A stretch of 48,462 nucleotides of DNA from Candidatus Pacearchaeota archaeon (GTDB taxonomy: Archaea; Nanobdellota; Nanobdellia; Pacearchaeales; GW2011-AR1), in assembly GCA_038869535.1 (NCBI GenBank), contig JAWCQY010000002.1, positions 1 through 48,462 of the forward strand, read 5' to 3'. This document shows positions 16,837-27,168 of the stretch, piece by piece. The position numbers and the translations under genes were made by a program. Below the pieces are notes generated by a model that saw only the letters and a program-made list of their open reading frames with translations, ran no database searches and was not told where the DNA came from. Each line of letters opens with the position of its first letter. Within the stretch, counting starts at the first letter, position 1.

Positions 16837-19134
16837 TTATCCTAGATAAGAACTTTCTAAAGGTATTGAGGTTTTTGCACTTTTTAAGAAACTATCCTCT
16901 ATCTTCTTATATACTTCAAGTAATGGTTTACTTACGCTTGGTTTAATTTTTTTCATTGCCTCTTCAAAATGTTCTACACTAACATATTTCGCATCTTTAT
17001 TCTCTCTGAGAGCGATCATTGCCGCTTCTCTAACTAAAGCCTCTAAGTCTGCTCCAGTATATCCTTGTGTTCTTTTTGCAATTTCTTTAAGATTAACTTC
17101 TTTTGCAAGCGGCATTTTTTTTGTATGAATCTCAAGAATTTGTAATCTTCCTTCTTCTTCTGGAGCACCTACTAATAAAATTCTGTCAAATCTTCCCGGT
17201 CTTAGTATTGCTGGATCTAACATATCTGGTCGATTTGTAGCCCCAATAACAAGGACATCGTTAAGATCTTCAAGTCCATCCATTTCAGCAAGTAACTGAT
17301 TTAAAACACGTTCTGTAACTCTGGAACCATTTGTATCTATAAGACCTCTCTTTCCAGCAAGCGCATCTATTTCATCAAAAAATATTATACAAGGACTTAC
17401 TTGTCTAGCTCTTTCAAAAATTTTTCTTACGCCTTCTTCTGACTTTCCAACCCACATGCTTAATAAAGAAGGTCCTTTAACCTGAATGAAATTTGCTTCA
17501 GACTCTTTTGCTACAGCTTTAGCAAGCAAAGTTTTTCCTGTTCCCGGTGGGCCATAAAGTAAAATTCCGCGAGATGGCCTTATTCCCATTCTCTTAAAAG
17601 TTTCCGGAAACTTTATTGGCCATTCTACAGCTTCTTGAAGCTCTTGTTTTACTTTATCCAAACCTCCAACATCTTTCCATCCAACATTAGGTGTCTCAAC
17701 AAGAACCTCACGCATTGCGGAAGGTCTTACAATTTTAAGAGCATCTACAAAATCAACATGTTTTATGATAAGTCTTTCTAAGATTTCTTGGGGGATTTGT
17801 TCTTCTGCATCAAGCTTTATCTTTGGGAGCAATTTTCTAAGTACATTCATAGCCGCTTCTTTGCATAGGGCTTCTAAGTCTGCACCAACAAATCCATGAG
17901 TAACTCCAGCAATTTCCTCTAATTTTACATCTTTTGCTAATGGCATACCTCTTGAATGAATTTTTAGAATTGAGAGTCTTCCATCTTTATCAGGAACATT
18001 AATTCCTATCTCTCTATCAAATCTTCCTGGCCTTCTTAAAGCAGGATCAATTGAATTTGGTCTATTTGTAGCTCCAATAACAATTACTTTGCCCCTAGAT
18101 TTCAATCCATCCATCATTGTAAGGAGTTGTGAGACCACTCTTCTTTCGACTTCTCCAGTAACTTCTTCTCTTTTTGGAGCAATAGCATCAATTTCGTCAA
18201 TGAATATTATAGCTGGGGCTGTTTTTTCAGCTTCTTCGAATATATCTCTTATCTTTTTTTCTGATTCACCATAGAATTTTGACATTATTTCTGGACCATT
18301 AAGAAGAATAAAATTTGCATCACTTTCATTTGCTACAGCTTTAGCAAGCAAAGTTTTTCCTGTTCCCGGCGGGCCATGAAGTAAAACTCCTTTTGGAGGT
18401 TCTATCCCGAGTCTTTCAAATATCTCAGGATGTTTCATTGGAATTTCAACCATTTCTCTTATTTTTTTAATTTCTTCACTTAAACCTCCAATATCTTCAT
18501 AGGTTATTTCGGGAATACTTTCTTCGGTAATTTCAACTGCTTTTGGATTAAGAGTTACTTGAGTATTTTCTGTGATTATTACCGGGCAATTAGGCGTTGT
18601 ACTTACAACAAAAAACTTTATCTGAGTGAACCCTCCAAGCTGCCCAAAACCTATACTTCCTAACATATCACCCAACATATCCCCAAATTCACTTCCAAGT
18701 TCTTCAGATAGTATGTCCCTTCTTCTTTGAACGCCCCCAAGGACAACAATATCTCCTTTTACTACGGGTCTTGCAAGTAGGCCTCTTCTTAAACTGTCTG
18801 GGTCTGCTTGGACCATTATATTTTTTTGAACTGGAGCAATTATTATTTTTTTTGCTTCTTTTACCTCTGCTTTTGAAACTTTAACTATCTCTCCGATTCC
18901 GGTTTTTGCATTTTTTCTTAGTATACCATCAATTCTTATAATCCCTTCACCAACATCTGCAGGATAAGCCCTATCGGCAATTGCAACTGTTTCTCTATTC
19001 CCTTTTATAGTAATGATGTCCCCTCTTCTAATATCCAATTCTCTCATAACATCACTATCTATTCTTGCAAATCCTTTATATGCGTCATCTTGCTGCGCTT
19101 CAACAACCTTTAACTGAACTTCTTTTTTTGCCAT
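16837..19134 (-). CDS. cdc48: Cdc48/VCP-type AAA+ ATPase (two ATPase domains)
   Basis: A double-psi-barrel N domain, two Walker A motifs [15 protein letters not shown], and Walker B motifs IIFIDEIDA and IIFFDEIDA. 765 aa. Confidence 0.95.
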   Translation of the reverse strand: MAKKEVQLKVVEAQQDDAYKGFARIDSDVMRELDIRRGDIITIKGNRETVAIADRAYPADVGEGIIRIDGILRKNAKTGIGEIVKVSKAEVKEAKKIIIAPVQKNIMVQADPDSLRRGLLARPVVKGDIVVLGGVQRRRDILSEELGSEFGDMLGDMLGSIGFGQLGGFTQIKFFVVSTTPNCPVIITENTQVTLNPKAVEITEESIPEITYEDIGGLSEEIKKIREMVEIPMKHPEIFERLGIEPPKGVLLHGPPGTGKTLLAKAVANESDANFILLNGPEIMSKFYGESEKKIRDIFEEAEKTAPAIIFIDEIDAIAPKREEVTGEVERRVVSQLLTMMDGLKSRGKVIVIGATNRPNSIDPALRRPGRFDREIGINVPDKDGRLSILKIHSRGMPLAKDVKLEEIAGVTHGFVGADLEALCKEAAMNVLRKLLPKIKLDAEEQIPQEILERLIIKHVDFVDALKIVRPSAMREVLVETPNVGWKDVGGLDKVKQELQEAVEWPIKFPETFKRMGIRPSRGILLYGPPGTGKTLLAKAVAKESEANFIQVKGPSLLSMWVGKSEEGVRKIFERARQVSPCIIFFDEIDALAGKRGLIDTNGSRVTERVLNQLLAEMDGLEDLNDVLVIGATNRPDMLDPAILRPGRFDRILLVGAPEEEGRLQILEIHTKKMPLAKEVNLKEIAKRTQGYTGADLEALVREAAMIALRENKDAKYVSVEHFEEAMKKIKPSVSKPLLEVYKKIEDSFLKSAKTSIPLESSYLG

Positions 19135-19184
19135 ATTTTTTTATTTAATTATTTATTTTTGATTATTTATATTGTTTATTTTGG

Positions 19185-19694
19185 TTAGTCTTCATCATCT
19201 GTTTTTTTAATTAATATAGATTTATTATTTTGTGGGTTTGCTGAATCATAAAATTCTTTTGTATGAAAAGTAGGTTTACCATTCTTGATAATTTTGATTT
19301 CTCTAGCTTTTACAATTCTAGAGCGTCCTTTATTAATATTCTCATCTTTGCTAGAATCATTATAGAATTCCAAACTTAATCTTCCAGCTTCCTTAAAACA
19401 AAGCTTTACTATATCATTAAATTTTCTTTCTTGCTCTTTTATGAATGAGACTATTTCCATTGGTATAGAAATTGCATAAGAGTTTCCAACCATCCTCATC
19501 TTTACCCTAAATTCTTTATTTTTTAGATCCATAAATTTTTCATATTCTAGTTGATCTGAAGGATGAATTATTTTATCATTACACCTAGGACATACTACTG
19601 CTCTTAAAATAAATCCATTTTTTGTAATGCTTTGTTTTTGCATTTTTATATTACATTTATTACAAAGTATTGTATTATCAAAAATATCTGCCAT
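19185..19694 (-). CDS. Zinc-ribbon plus AbrB/SpoVT-like domain protein
   Basis: CNKCN..CPRCN forms a C4 ribbon. MVGNSYAISIPMEIVSFIKE resembles the swapped-hairpin AbrB/MazE fold motif. It lies 50 nt upstream of cdc48. Confidence 0.5.
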   Translation of the reverse strand: MADIFDNTILCNKCNIKMQKQSITKNGFILRAVVCPRCNDKIIHPSDQLEYEKFMDLKNKEFRVKMRMVGNSYAISIPMEIVSFIKEQERKFNDIVKLCFKEAGRLSLEFYNDSSKDENINKGRSRIVKAREIKIIKNGKPTFHTKEFYDSANPQNNKSILIKKTDDED

Positions 19695-19879
19695 TTTTGT
19701 TTTTTATCTTTATTTTTTATTATAACGGCCGCATTATTAACACGGCCGGGTTGAAGAGGATATACCTCATGTATATACATAAAATATATACTATTTAAAT
19801 CTTTCTATATAAAACCCTTTATATTTTTTGATGAAGTACTTTTACACAATTTTAAAAACTATCAAGAATTTTATTTAAA

Positions 19880-20512
19880 ATGAAAGAAGAAGATAAAGGA
19901 ACTTATCAATTTAAAAATAATCTCAAAAAATTTTTTGCAAGATCTTGGTATATTCTATGGAAGGATGACAGTTTTAAAGGATGGTTTTTTTCAATAATCT
20001 TTCTTTTTTTATTTATAAAATTTATTTTCTTTCCATTGCTTATTCTTATAACTGGGACCCCCCTCCCACTAGCAATAGTTGAATCATGTAGTATGTATCA
20101 CGGAGTTTCTTTTGAAGAATATTGGAGAAATACAGGAGAGTGGTATGAGAAGAATGGGATTACTAAAGAAAACTTTTTAGAGTTTCAGATGAAAAATGGT
20201 TTTAATAAAGGTGATATACTTCTCATAGTTGGGGCAAATCCAGATAAAATAAAAGTTGGGGATATAATAATTTTTAATGCAAATCAAAAATACCCAGTAA
20301 TACATAGGGTTGTTAACTTAAATCCAATCAGAACTAAAGGAGATAATTGGAGAACTAATCCAGAATCTGCGACATTCGAGAATAATATAAGTACTGATCA
20401 GATATTAGGAAAAGCTATTTTCAGGATTGTTCCGTATGCCGGTTGGATAAAACTAATCTTTTTTGAGTGGATGAAATCTCCAGCATCAAGAGGTTTTTGT
20501 AGCAAAAACTAA
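19880..20512 (+). CDS. Signal peptidase I, archaeal/Sec11 type
   Basis: N-terminal TM segment, catalytic Ser box VESCSMYHG (compare SGSMxP) and His box PVIHRV, with an insertion between the boxes. Confidence 0.7.
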   Translation: MKEEDKGTYQFKNNLKKFFARSWYILWKDDSFKGWFFSIIFLFLFIKFIFFPLLILITGTPLPLAIVESCSMYHGVSFEEYWRNTGEWYEKNGITKENFLEFQMKNGFNKGDILLIVGANPDKIKVGDIIIFNANQKYPVIHRVVNLNPIRTKGDNWRTNPESATFENNISTDQILGKAIFRIVPYAGWIKLIFFEWMKSPASRGFCSKN

Positions 20513-20548
20513 AGGTTTTTAAACAATAATAATTTAATAAATCGAAAA

Positions 20549-20863
20549 ATGGAATTTTGTCCGAGGTGCGGCGCTATTCTTGTTCAAAAGAACAAAAGGG
20601 ATGTTTGTCCTAGATGTAACTATTCAAAAAAAGGAAAAATAAAACTTAAAACATCAGAAAAAATAGAAAAAAAGAAAAAGATTGATATTATTTCTGAGAA
20701 GGATGTTGAAGTTTCACCAATAATTGAACTTGAATATTCTTGTGAAAAGTGTGGAAATAAAAAGGCATATTTTTGGACAATGCAAACAAGGTCATCAGAT
20801 GAAGCAGAAACAAAATTCTTTAAATGTACAAAGTGCGAATATACATGGAGAGAATATACATAA
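20549..20863 (+). CDS. tfs: Transcription factor S (TFS, RpoM/Rpb9-like)
   Basis: N-terminal ribbon CPRCG..CPRCN. C-terminal TFIIS-type ribbon CEKCGNKKAYFWTMQTRSSDEAETKFFKCTKC, which includes the acidic DE hairpin. Confidence 0.85.
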   Translation: MEFCPRCGAILVQKNKRDVCPRCNYSKKGKIKLKTSEKIEKKKKIDIISEKDVEVSPIIELEYSCEKCGNKKAYFWTMQTRSSDEAETKFFKCTKCEYTWREYT

Positions 20864-20866
20864 AAG

Positions 20867-21346
20867 TTAGATTTTTTTAGTGATTATTTCATCCCCTTTA
20901 ATAGCTTCTTTTTTAATTATTTCATATTTTTTTGATTTATTTGAATAAGAATATCCTGTCCATTTTCTATCGTCATGCTTAATAATAAAAGGTGGTGCTT
21001 TTGTTGAATCAATCCTATACCACCTCATAATATCGTTAAAATCTTTTAGGTGATAAACGACTATTAAATCAGCTATTTTATCTAAATTAGAATCAAAAAA
21101 TAATTCCGAAACCGTGAAGTTATTTCCAGAATTGTCTACAAATGGGTGAATATGGAAGTCTATTTTTCTATAAATATTAGTGTCTGGAAAAGCTAATTTG
21201 TAGATACCATACTCATCAGGTAAAATTGTTTCACGTTTATTTATTTTTATGTAGGTAATGTCTTTTATACTAAGACCTCTGAATTCACTTGAGACGATGT
21301 TTTCTGCAATTAAGAAACCAAAAATTATACCCAACAGTTTTCTCAT
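20867..21346 (-). CDS. Hypothetical secreted protein
   Basis: 159 aa with N-terminal signal-like MRKLLGIIFGFLIAENIVSS. No family recognised. Confidence 0.5.
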   Translation of the reverse strand: MRKLLGIIFGFLIAENIVSSEFRGLSIKDITYIKINKRETILPDEYGIYKLAFPDTNIYRKIDFHIHPFVDNSGNNFTVSELFFDSNLDKIADLIVVYHLKDFNDIMRWYRIDSTKAPPFIIKHDDRKWTGYSYSNKSKKYEIIKKEAIKGDEIITKKI

Positions 21347-21406
21347 AAAAATAAGATGAGAGTTTTATTATAAATATTTCTATAATAAGAAACAATCTAA
21401 ATTATA

Positions 21407-21480
21407 TGGCCCCGATGGGATTTGAACCCACGACACCTGGATTAAGAGTCCAGTGCTCTACCAGACTGAGCTACGGAGCC
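21407..21480 (-). tRNA. tRNA-Lys (anticodon CTT)
   Basis: The reverse complement folds as GGCTCCG-TA-GCTC-AGTCTGGTA-GAGC-A-CTGGA-CTCTTAA-TCCAG-GTGTC-GTGGG-TTCAAAT-CCCAT-CGGGGCC-A. 74 nt, no CCA. Confidence 0.9.
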
Positions 21481-21502
21481 ACTATTTTTTATTATATATT
21501 AA

Positions 21503-21512
21503 CTTTTATAAA
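21503..21512 (-). promoter_or_regulatory. Candidate TATA box for tRNA-Lys
   Basis: On the minus strand TTTATAAAAG lies at -32..-23 from the tRNA 5' end. Confidence 0.35.
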
Positions 21513-21680
21513 CTATTCTTTTATAAGGTAGATATATCTCTTTTTAATTAGTTTTTTATAATTTTAATTTAAAAACGAGATTTAAATTTTAGATAAATTT
21601 ATTGACTTATTCTTAAAAAATAAAGTAAGATACCTATAAGTAAATAAAATGAACCTTTTTTGGGGCGTTAGTTTTTAGAA

Positions 21681-21947
21681 TTATCTTATGAGCTTTTGAA
21701 TATTTTCAATAGCATCGGCAACTTCTTTGCCTTTCTTGGTTAACCTTATAATTTTTATTCGCCCCTTTTTTTCAAAGTCAACCAAGGCCAAAAGCTCAAG
21801 TGTCTGTAGTATCTTTACAGCATGGCTGTAAGTACAGTCCACTTCTTTAGCTAACACACTCCCATATCTCATTCTTGTATTCTTTTTCAAAGAAACCAAC
21901 ATCAAAGCTGGCTTTCTCCTGAAAAAGATATCAAAGTTGTCTTTCAT
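21681..21947 (-). CDS. Winged helix-turn-helix transcriptional regulator (ArsR/MarR-like)
   Basis: 88 aa. LAKEVDCTYSHAVKILQTLELLALVDFEKKGRIKIIRLTKKG has the HTH plus wing pattern. Confidence 0.6.
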   Translation of the reverse strand: MKDNFDIFFRRKPALMLVSLKKNTRMRYGSVLAKEVDCTYSHAVKILQTLELLALVDFEKKGRIKIIRLTKKGKEVADAIENIQKLIR

Positions 21948-22057
21948 TTTATTCTATGGGTGTATTTTATTGTATATATCACATAAGTGATGTGCTTTTA
22001 AATCTTTTGGAATATTCCTTTCAAAATATTTATTAATTAAAATATATAAAAAAAAAT

Positions 22058-22696
22058 ATGAAGAGACAGAAAAATTATGAAAAGTGTATAAGAAAAACAA
22101 AAGTTTTAGCAATAGGTGACATACACGGCGATATCGATTTGGTAGAAAGATTGGTTGAAAGAGTAAAAAAAGAGAATATTGATATCATTATACTTGCCGG
22201 GGATTTAACATTTGAAGAGAGGTCTGTTGAGGGTTTAATAGGGCCCTTTGTGAAAGAAAAAAAGAGTGTTCTTCTAATCCCAGGAAATCATGAATCTGGC
22301 GCAACAATTGAATTTCTTGCTCAGAAGTATAATGTAAAGAATCTACACGGGTATGGATTTGAAAAAAACGGCATCGGCTTTTTTGGGGCTGGAACAGCGA
22401 ATATAGGTATACATCAAATAGGGGATGAAAATATTTTTAGATTGCTTGAAAAATCACATGATGAGATAAAAAATACACAAAAAAAAGTTATGATTACTCA
22501 TATACATCCTTTAGGCAGTAAGATAGATAAACTCTTAGGATTTCAAGGTTCAAAAGCTGTACGAGATGCAATTGAAAAGTTTCAGCCAGATATCACAATA
22601 ACTGCCCATATCCATGAAATGGGCGGATTACAGGAAAAAATAGGTAAAACAAAGGTGATAAATGTAAGCAGAAAAGAGGTAGTGTTTGAGATATGA
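22058..22696 (+). CDS. Calcineurin-like metallophosphoesterase
   Basis: Motifs GDIHGD, AGDL, GNHE and the later HIH/AHIH. Confidence 0.8.
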   Translation: MKRQKNYEKCIRKTKVLAIGDIHGDIDLVERLVERVKKENIDIIILAGDLTFEERSVEGLIGPFVKEKKSVLLIPGNHESGATIEFLAQKYNVKNLHGYGFEKNGIGFFGAGTANIGIHQIGDENIFRLLEKSHDEIKNTQKKVMITHIHPLGSKIDKLLGFQGSKAVRDAIEKFQPDITITAHIHEMGGLQEKIGKTKVINVSRKEVVFEI

Positions 22697-22768
22697 TTTT
22701 GTTATTTCTCCTAGCTGAAATAATGTACATTTTGACATCTTTAAATTATAGAAAAAATTGATTATAGT

Positions 22769-23245
22769 ATGAGTAATCTAATTTTAGGAAAATCTAAAAA
22801 CGGAAAGGCAGTTTTTGCAAATAAAAATTTTAAAAAAGGAGAAGAAATCATTGAATTTAAGGGTAAAATATTTACATATGAACAATTGCCAGAATCATAC
22901 AATGAGGTAGAAGATCATTATGTTCAAATTGATAAAAATTTGTATATGGGGCCATCTGGCAATTTAGATGATTTTTTCAATCATTCATGCAATCCAAATT
23001 CGGGGCTAAAAATTGAAGGCAAAAGGGTAATCCTCATAGCGATTGAAAACATTAAAAAAGGAGAAGAAATAACATGGGATTACTCGACAACAATGGACGA
23101 AAATGATTGGGAAATGGATTGCATGTGCCAGAGCAAAAAATGCCGTAAAAAAGTTAAGGATTTCAAATATTTACCAAAAAAAATCCAACAAAAATACATC
23201 CAATTGAGGGTTGTTCCAAAATACATTCTAAAAAACTTAAAGTAA
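22769..23245 (+). CDS. SET-domain protein lysine methyltransferase
   Basis: FNHSCNPN, EEITWDYS and the post-SET-like Cys cluster CMCQSKKC. 158 aa minimal SET. Confidence 0.8.
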   Translation: MSNLILGKSKNGKAVFANKNFKKGEEIIEFKGKIFTYEQLPESYNEVEDHYVQIDKNLYMGPSGNLDDFFNHSCNPNSGLKIEGKRVILIAIENIKKGEEITWDYSTTMDENDWEMDCMCQSKKCRKKVKDFKYLPKKIQQKYIQLRVVPKYILKNLK

Positions 23246-23335
23246 AACAATTTTTATTTAACTTTTATTTATTCGCATATGGTAGCGTAAAACATTATAA
23301 ACATAAAAAAATTAAATAACCCATAAAATGATAAA

Positions 23336-25663
23336 ATGCCAAAAAAACGAATAAAAACAAAGGCGGAAACATCTGCAGAACAATTTTTTCCGGTAGATAA
23401 AAATGATTTAAAACAGGCAATTGAAAAAGTTGTTAAACCGATTGATCAACCGGATATTTTAACCGAAACCCCGGGAATAACTGTTGGGAAAACTAAAAAA
23501 AAGAGTGTTAGTGTAAAAAAATCTTCACTTAGAGGTTTAAAGAGTAATAAAGAGATTAAATCTTTTCTAGAAGAATTTAATAATAAAAATATTCAATTAA
23601 AGCAAGGGGGCTATGAATTGATTATAACCGAAAAACCCCAAGCAGCAATGAAAATTGCTTCAGCATTAGGAAGATCAACCCCTAAAAGTTATAAGGGGGT
23701 TACTTATTATGAAGTTGATAGAGGGGGGAAGAGAATAGTTGTTGCTTGTGCTGTTGGGCACTTATTTACATTAAAACAGAGCCAAAATAATAATGAGAAA
23801 CTTCCAATCTTTGATATTTTTTGGGTCCCAAATTATTTAGTCATTAAAAAAGATTTTTCAAAGAAATATTATGATACCTTAAAAGCACTAGTAAAAAATG
23901 CCGGCTCAATTACTATAGCAACAGATTATGATATTGAAGGAGAGGTAATAGGATTAAATGTCGTAAGATTTATAGCCGGACAAAAAGATGCGAATAGAAT
24001 GAAATTTTCTACATTAACTAAAGAGGAACTTAACAAGGCTTATGAGAATAAAAACCAAACGTTGGACTGGGGGCAAGCTATTGCAGGAGAAACGAGGCAT
24101 TTTCTTGATTGGTATTACGGTATAAATTTAAGTAGGGCTTTAATGAATGCTATGAAATCAATCGGGAAGTTTAGAGTTTTTTCCATAGGGAGAGTTCAAG
24201 GTCCAACCCTAAACCTTATTGTTGAAAAGGAAAAGGAAATACTTTCATTCAAACCACAACCGTACTGGCAAATCTTCATAATTTTAGAATCACCTGAAAT
24301 TGAGCTTAAGTATGTAAAGGACGTATTTAATAAATCTGATTTAGAGAAATTCAAGAATCTTAAGAATAAAATTGCAGAAGTTTCAACAGAGAAAGTAGAA
24401 CAAAAGATATCACCTCCCTTTCCTTTTAATTTAACAAATTTGCAGACGGAAGCATATAATTTATATGGGATAAATCCGTCTACAACACTCAAAGTTGCTC
24501 AATCCTTATATCTTTCTGGTTTGATATCTTACCCTAGAACATCCAGTCAAAAGCTTCCTTCATCGATAGCTTATAAAGATATCTTAAAAAAATTAGCAGA
24601 AAAATTTAATGTCGAGGGATTAATAAAAAGGAGTAAACCTTTTGAAGGCCCAAAAAGCGATCCAGCTCATCCTTCTATATACCCTACAGGAAACTTTCAG
24701 AGTCTTGACGGAGATGAAGAAAAAATATACAACCTGATTGCTAAAAGGTTTCTTGCTTTGTTTTGTGAGGATGCTATCATCGAAAATAAAACAATAAGGG
24801 CAAGGGTACAAGATTTAATTTTTATAGCAAGGGGTAGTTCAATAAAAAATAAAGGTTGGATGTCTGTTTATCCTAATAAAATGGTTGAAAAATATTTACC
24901 AGATTTAAATGGAAAAATTAAAATAGCAACGTTTAGAATCGAAGAGAAACAAACACAACCTCCTCGGAGATATTCTCCAGCATCTATCATTGCTGAATTA
25001 GAAAAAAGAAATTTGGGAACAAAAGCAACGAGAGCAGCAATTTTAGAAACTCTTTACGATAGAGGTTATATAAAAGAAAAAAGTATAGAAGTAACCCCTT
25101 TAGGTATGGCAATTATAGATTCACTTAAGAAACATTCTCCTATAATAATTGATGAAAAACTAACAAGGGATTTTGAAAAGGATATGGACTCAATAATAAA
25201 ATCAAAAAAGGATCTACAAAAAAAACAAGAAAAAATAAAAGAAAAAGCAAAAGAGATAATCAAAAAAATTATAGATCAATTTGAAAAAGAGGGAAAAGAA
25301 ATAGGACAAGAACTTGTTAAAGCACAAGAAAAGAGTATAAATCTTGAAAAAGAGAAAAATAAGATAACTAAATGTCCAAATTGTACCAATGGGGTATTAA
25401 CCATTACTTATTCAAAAAAAAATAAGAGATATTTTATTGCATGTAATGCGTATCCAAATTGTAAAACAACTTTTTCCTTACCCCTTTATGGATTAATAAA
25501 AAAAATAGAACCCGAAAAAATCTGCGAAAAATGCGGATTTCCAATGTTAATGTCAATTCAAAAAGGAAAAAGGCCATGGGTTTTTTGCTTTAATCCAAAT
25601 TGTCCAAAAAATAAAGAGAGGCTTGAGAAAAATAAAGAAAAAACAGAGAATAATAAATCTTAA
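23336..25663 (+). CDS. topA: Type IA DNA topoisomerase
   Basis: Toprim LIITEKPQAA and TDYDIEGE, active-site Tyr ISYPRTSSQ, and two C-terminal zinc ribbons (CPNCTNG..CNAYPNC and CEKCGFPM..CFNPNCP). It also has a Lys-rich N-terminal extension of about 85 aa. Confidence 0.9.
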   Translation: MPKKRIKTKAETSAEQFFPVDKNDLKQAIEKVVKPIDQPDILTETPGITVGKTKKKSVSVKKSSLRGLKSNKEIKSFLEEFNNKNIQLKQGGYELIITEKPQAAMKIASALGRSTPKSYKGVTYYEVDRGGKRIVVACAVGHLFTLKQSQNNNEKLPIFDIFWVPNYLVIKKDFSKKYYDTLKALVKNAGSITIATDYDIEGEVIGLNVVRFIAGQKDANRMKFSTLTKEELNKAYENKNQTLDWGQAIAGETRHFLDWYYGINLSRALMNAMKSIGKFRVFSIGRVQGPTLNLIVEKEKEILSFKPQPYWQIFIILESPEIELKYVKDVFNKSDLEKFKNLKNKIAEVSTEKVEQKISPPFPFNLTNLQTEAYNLYGINPSTTLKVAQSLYLSGLISYPRTSSQKLPSSIAYKDILKKLAEKFNVEGLIKRSKPFEGPKSDPAHPSIYPTGNFQSLDGDEEKIYNLIAKRFLALFCEDAIIENKTIRARVQDLIFIARGSSIKNKGWMSVYPNKMVEKYLPDLNGKIKIATFRIEEKQTQPPRRYSPASIIAELEKRNLGTKATRAAILETLYDRGYIKEKSIEVTPLGMAIIDSLKKHSPIIIDEKLTRDFEKDMDSIIKSKKDLQKKQEKIKEKAKEIIKKIIDQFEKEGKEIGQELVKAQEKSINLEKEKNKITKCPNCTNGVLTITYSKKNKRYFIACNAYPNCKTTFSLPLYGLIKKIEPEKICEKCGFPMLMSIQKGKRPWVFCFNPNCPKNKERLEKNKEKTENNKS

Positions 25664-25819
25664 TCATGATATAATGTGATTTATATAAAATTATTATAAA
25701 CTTAAATTCTTCATTTAGAAAGCGATGCTTAAATTTTTAAAAAATCAATAAGCTTATCATATCCCTTGAAATACTAAAGATATTTTTATAAATATTTATT
25801 TTGATTTATTAAATAATTT

Positions 25820-27028
25820 TTAAATCCACTTCTCCAATTTCGTTTGTGTTTTAAGATTCTCTAAAATTCGGCTTTTCTTTAGTATCTTTTCAGGATCAAA
25901 GCCAAATTTAATTATTCCAATCTTTTTTGTACTTTCCAACATTTCTTTTATATATAAAAAATTAAGTTTCTTATTATTCAGAGCTTTTCTTACACTTTCC
26001 CTAACAACCCATACCCCCAGAGCCGCCCAGTAACTCGGCAACTCAATTCTTATCACAAGGACAGAAGCTTGTCTTTTTATTTTTTCAAGATGTTCAAGAA
26101 CCGGGAGTCTAGAAGCGTAATATCCTCCGGCCGTGTTTGATGCATAATTTTTCCTTCCTTCAAAAGACTCATAATCTGTTGCGGCTTTTATTTGGTTACT
26201 CTTATTCCATGAACTGCCTGGTAGATATAATTCAAAAAGCTCATAACTCCACACATTTGGATAAAACATGATTAGATATGCATTTCCCATATATTCTCCG
26301 AAGAATAACTGATAATCTTCAATCCATTTATAATTTTTTATTTTGTTGATTAATTTTTTTCCGATTATGTCATCTGTTGCTGTGATACTCCAACGCGTTG
26401 GAACAAATTTTCTATCTTTTTTTAATCCGAGTACCCCAACACTCAGTATTTTACTTAGGCTATACTCTGAAAAATTATTTTGATACAGAATTTCAATCCC
26501 CTCTGTAGCCTTTATTTCGTCATTAATAACTTTATCCAGTTTTTTGTTTATCTTAACATTTCCAATTATTTTTGCTTTTTTTAGTTGGGCTTCCATTCCT
26601 TGCGGGGCGAGGATTTTATCTCTTTTTAATCCTGGATTGATTTTATTTTTAAGTTCAATTTCAACATCAACTTGGTCTGAAGCTATCGCAAGTTCTTGTG
26701 CAATCTGAATAAATTTCTCGTTTTCATTTGCAATATCTTTTACATTAATTTTAAATCTTGAATTAATAAGATTATTTCTTAAATTAAAAATATCCCTTAT
26801 CCCAAAATTTTTTTCTACCCAATATTTTGGGGCGTCATAAACCCAAGCATTTTCATCTTTTTCCAAAGGGCTTAATATTCCTACATTTACATCAGGATAT
26901 TTTAATCTGCTTCCGACAAATACGGTTGGGGGGGTATTGGTATTTAATTCCGAAATTTTATTAAGATCTTTGTATTTGAAATTTATTTCTGATATTTTTT
27001 TTATAATCTCAAATTTTATGTCCGTCAT
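25820..27028 (-). CDS. nreA: NreA-like archaeal DNA repair protein (DUF650/DUF651)
   Basis: PPTVFVGSRLKYPDVNVGILSP matches the Nre N-domain signature as I recall it. The extreme C-terminus QTKLEKWI is a canonical PIP box, as described for NreA. Confidence 0.6.
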   Translation of the reverse strand: MTDIKFEIIKKISEINFKYKDLNKISELNTNTPPTVFVGSRLKYPDVNVGILSPLEKDENAWVYDAPKYWVEKNFGIRDIFNLRNNLINSRFKINVKDIANENEKFIQIAQELAIASDQVDVEIELKNKINPGLKRDKILAPQGMEAQLKKAKIIGNVKINKKLDKVINDEIKATEGIEILYQNNFSEYSLSKILSVGVLGLKKDRKFVPTRWSITATDDIIGKKLINKIKNYKWIEDYQLFFGEYMGNAYLIMFYPNVWSYELFELYLPGSSWNKSNQIKAATDYESFEGRKNYASNTAGGYYASRLPVLEHLEKIKRQASVLVIRIELPSYWAALGVWVVRESVRKALNNKKLNFLYIKEMLESTKKIGIIKFGFDPEKILKKSRILENLKTQTKLEKWI

Positions 27029-27168
27029 GTTTATTTTAGTTTATTATTCTTTTATGTCAAATATTGGTAAAATTTGCTTGAAATTTATTATTAATTTAGA
27101 TCCCTTTTTATTTAGAATATTCACATTATTAATTTATATTTTTTAAGGATTACAAAAAAGTAGTCCAA

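Noticed and set aside
16837-16848. The Cdc48 C-terminus SYLG as a proteasome-docking HbYX motif.
   Set aside because: HbYX requires Tyr at the penultimate position (p97 ends LYG). Here the order is Y-L-G, so the motif is not met. I cannot judge function from sequence alone.
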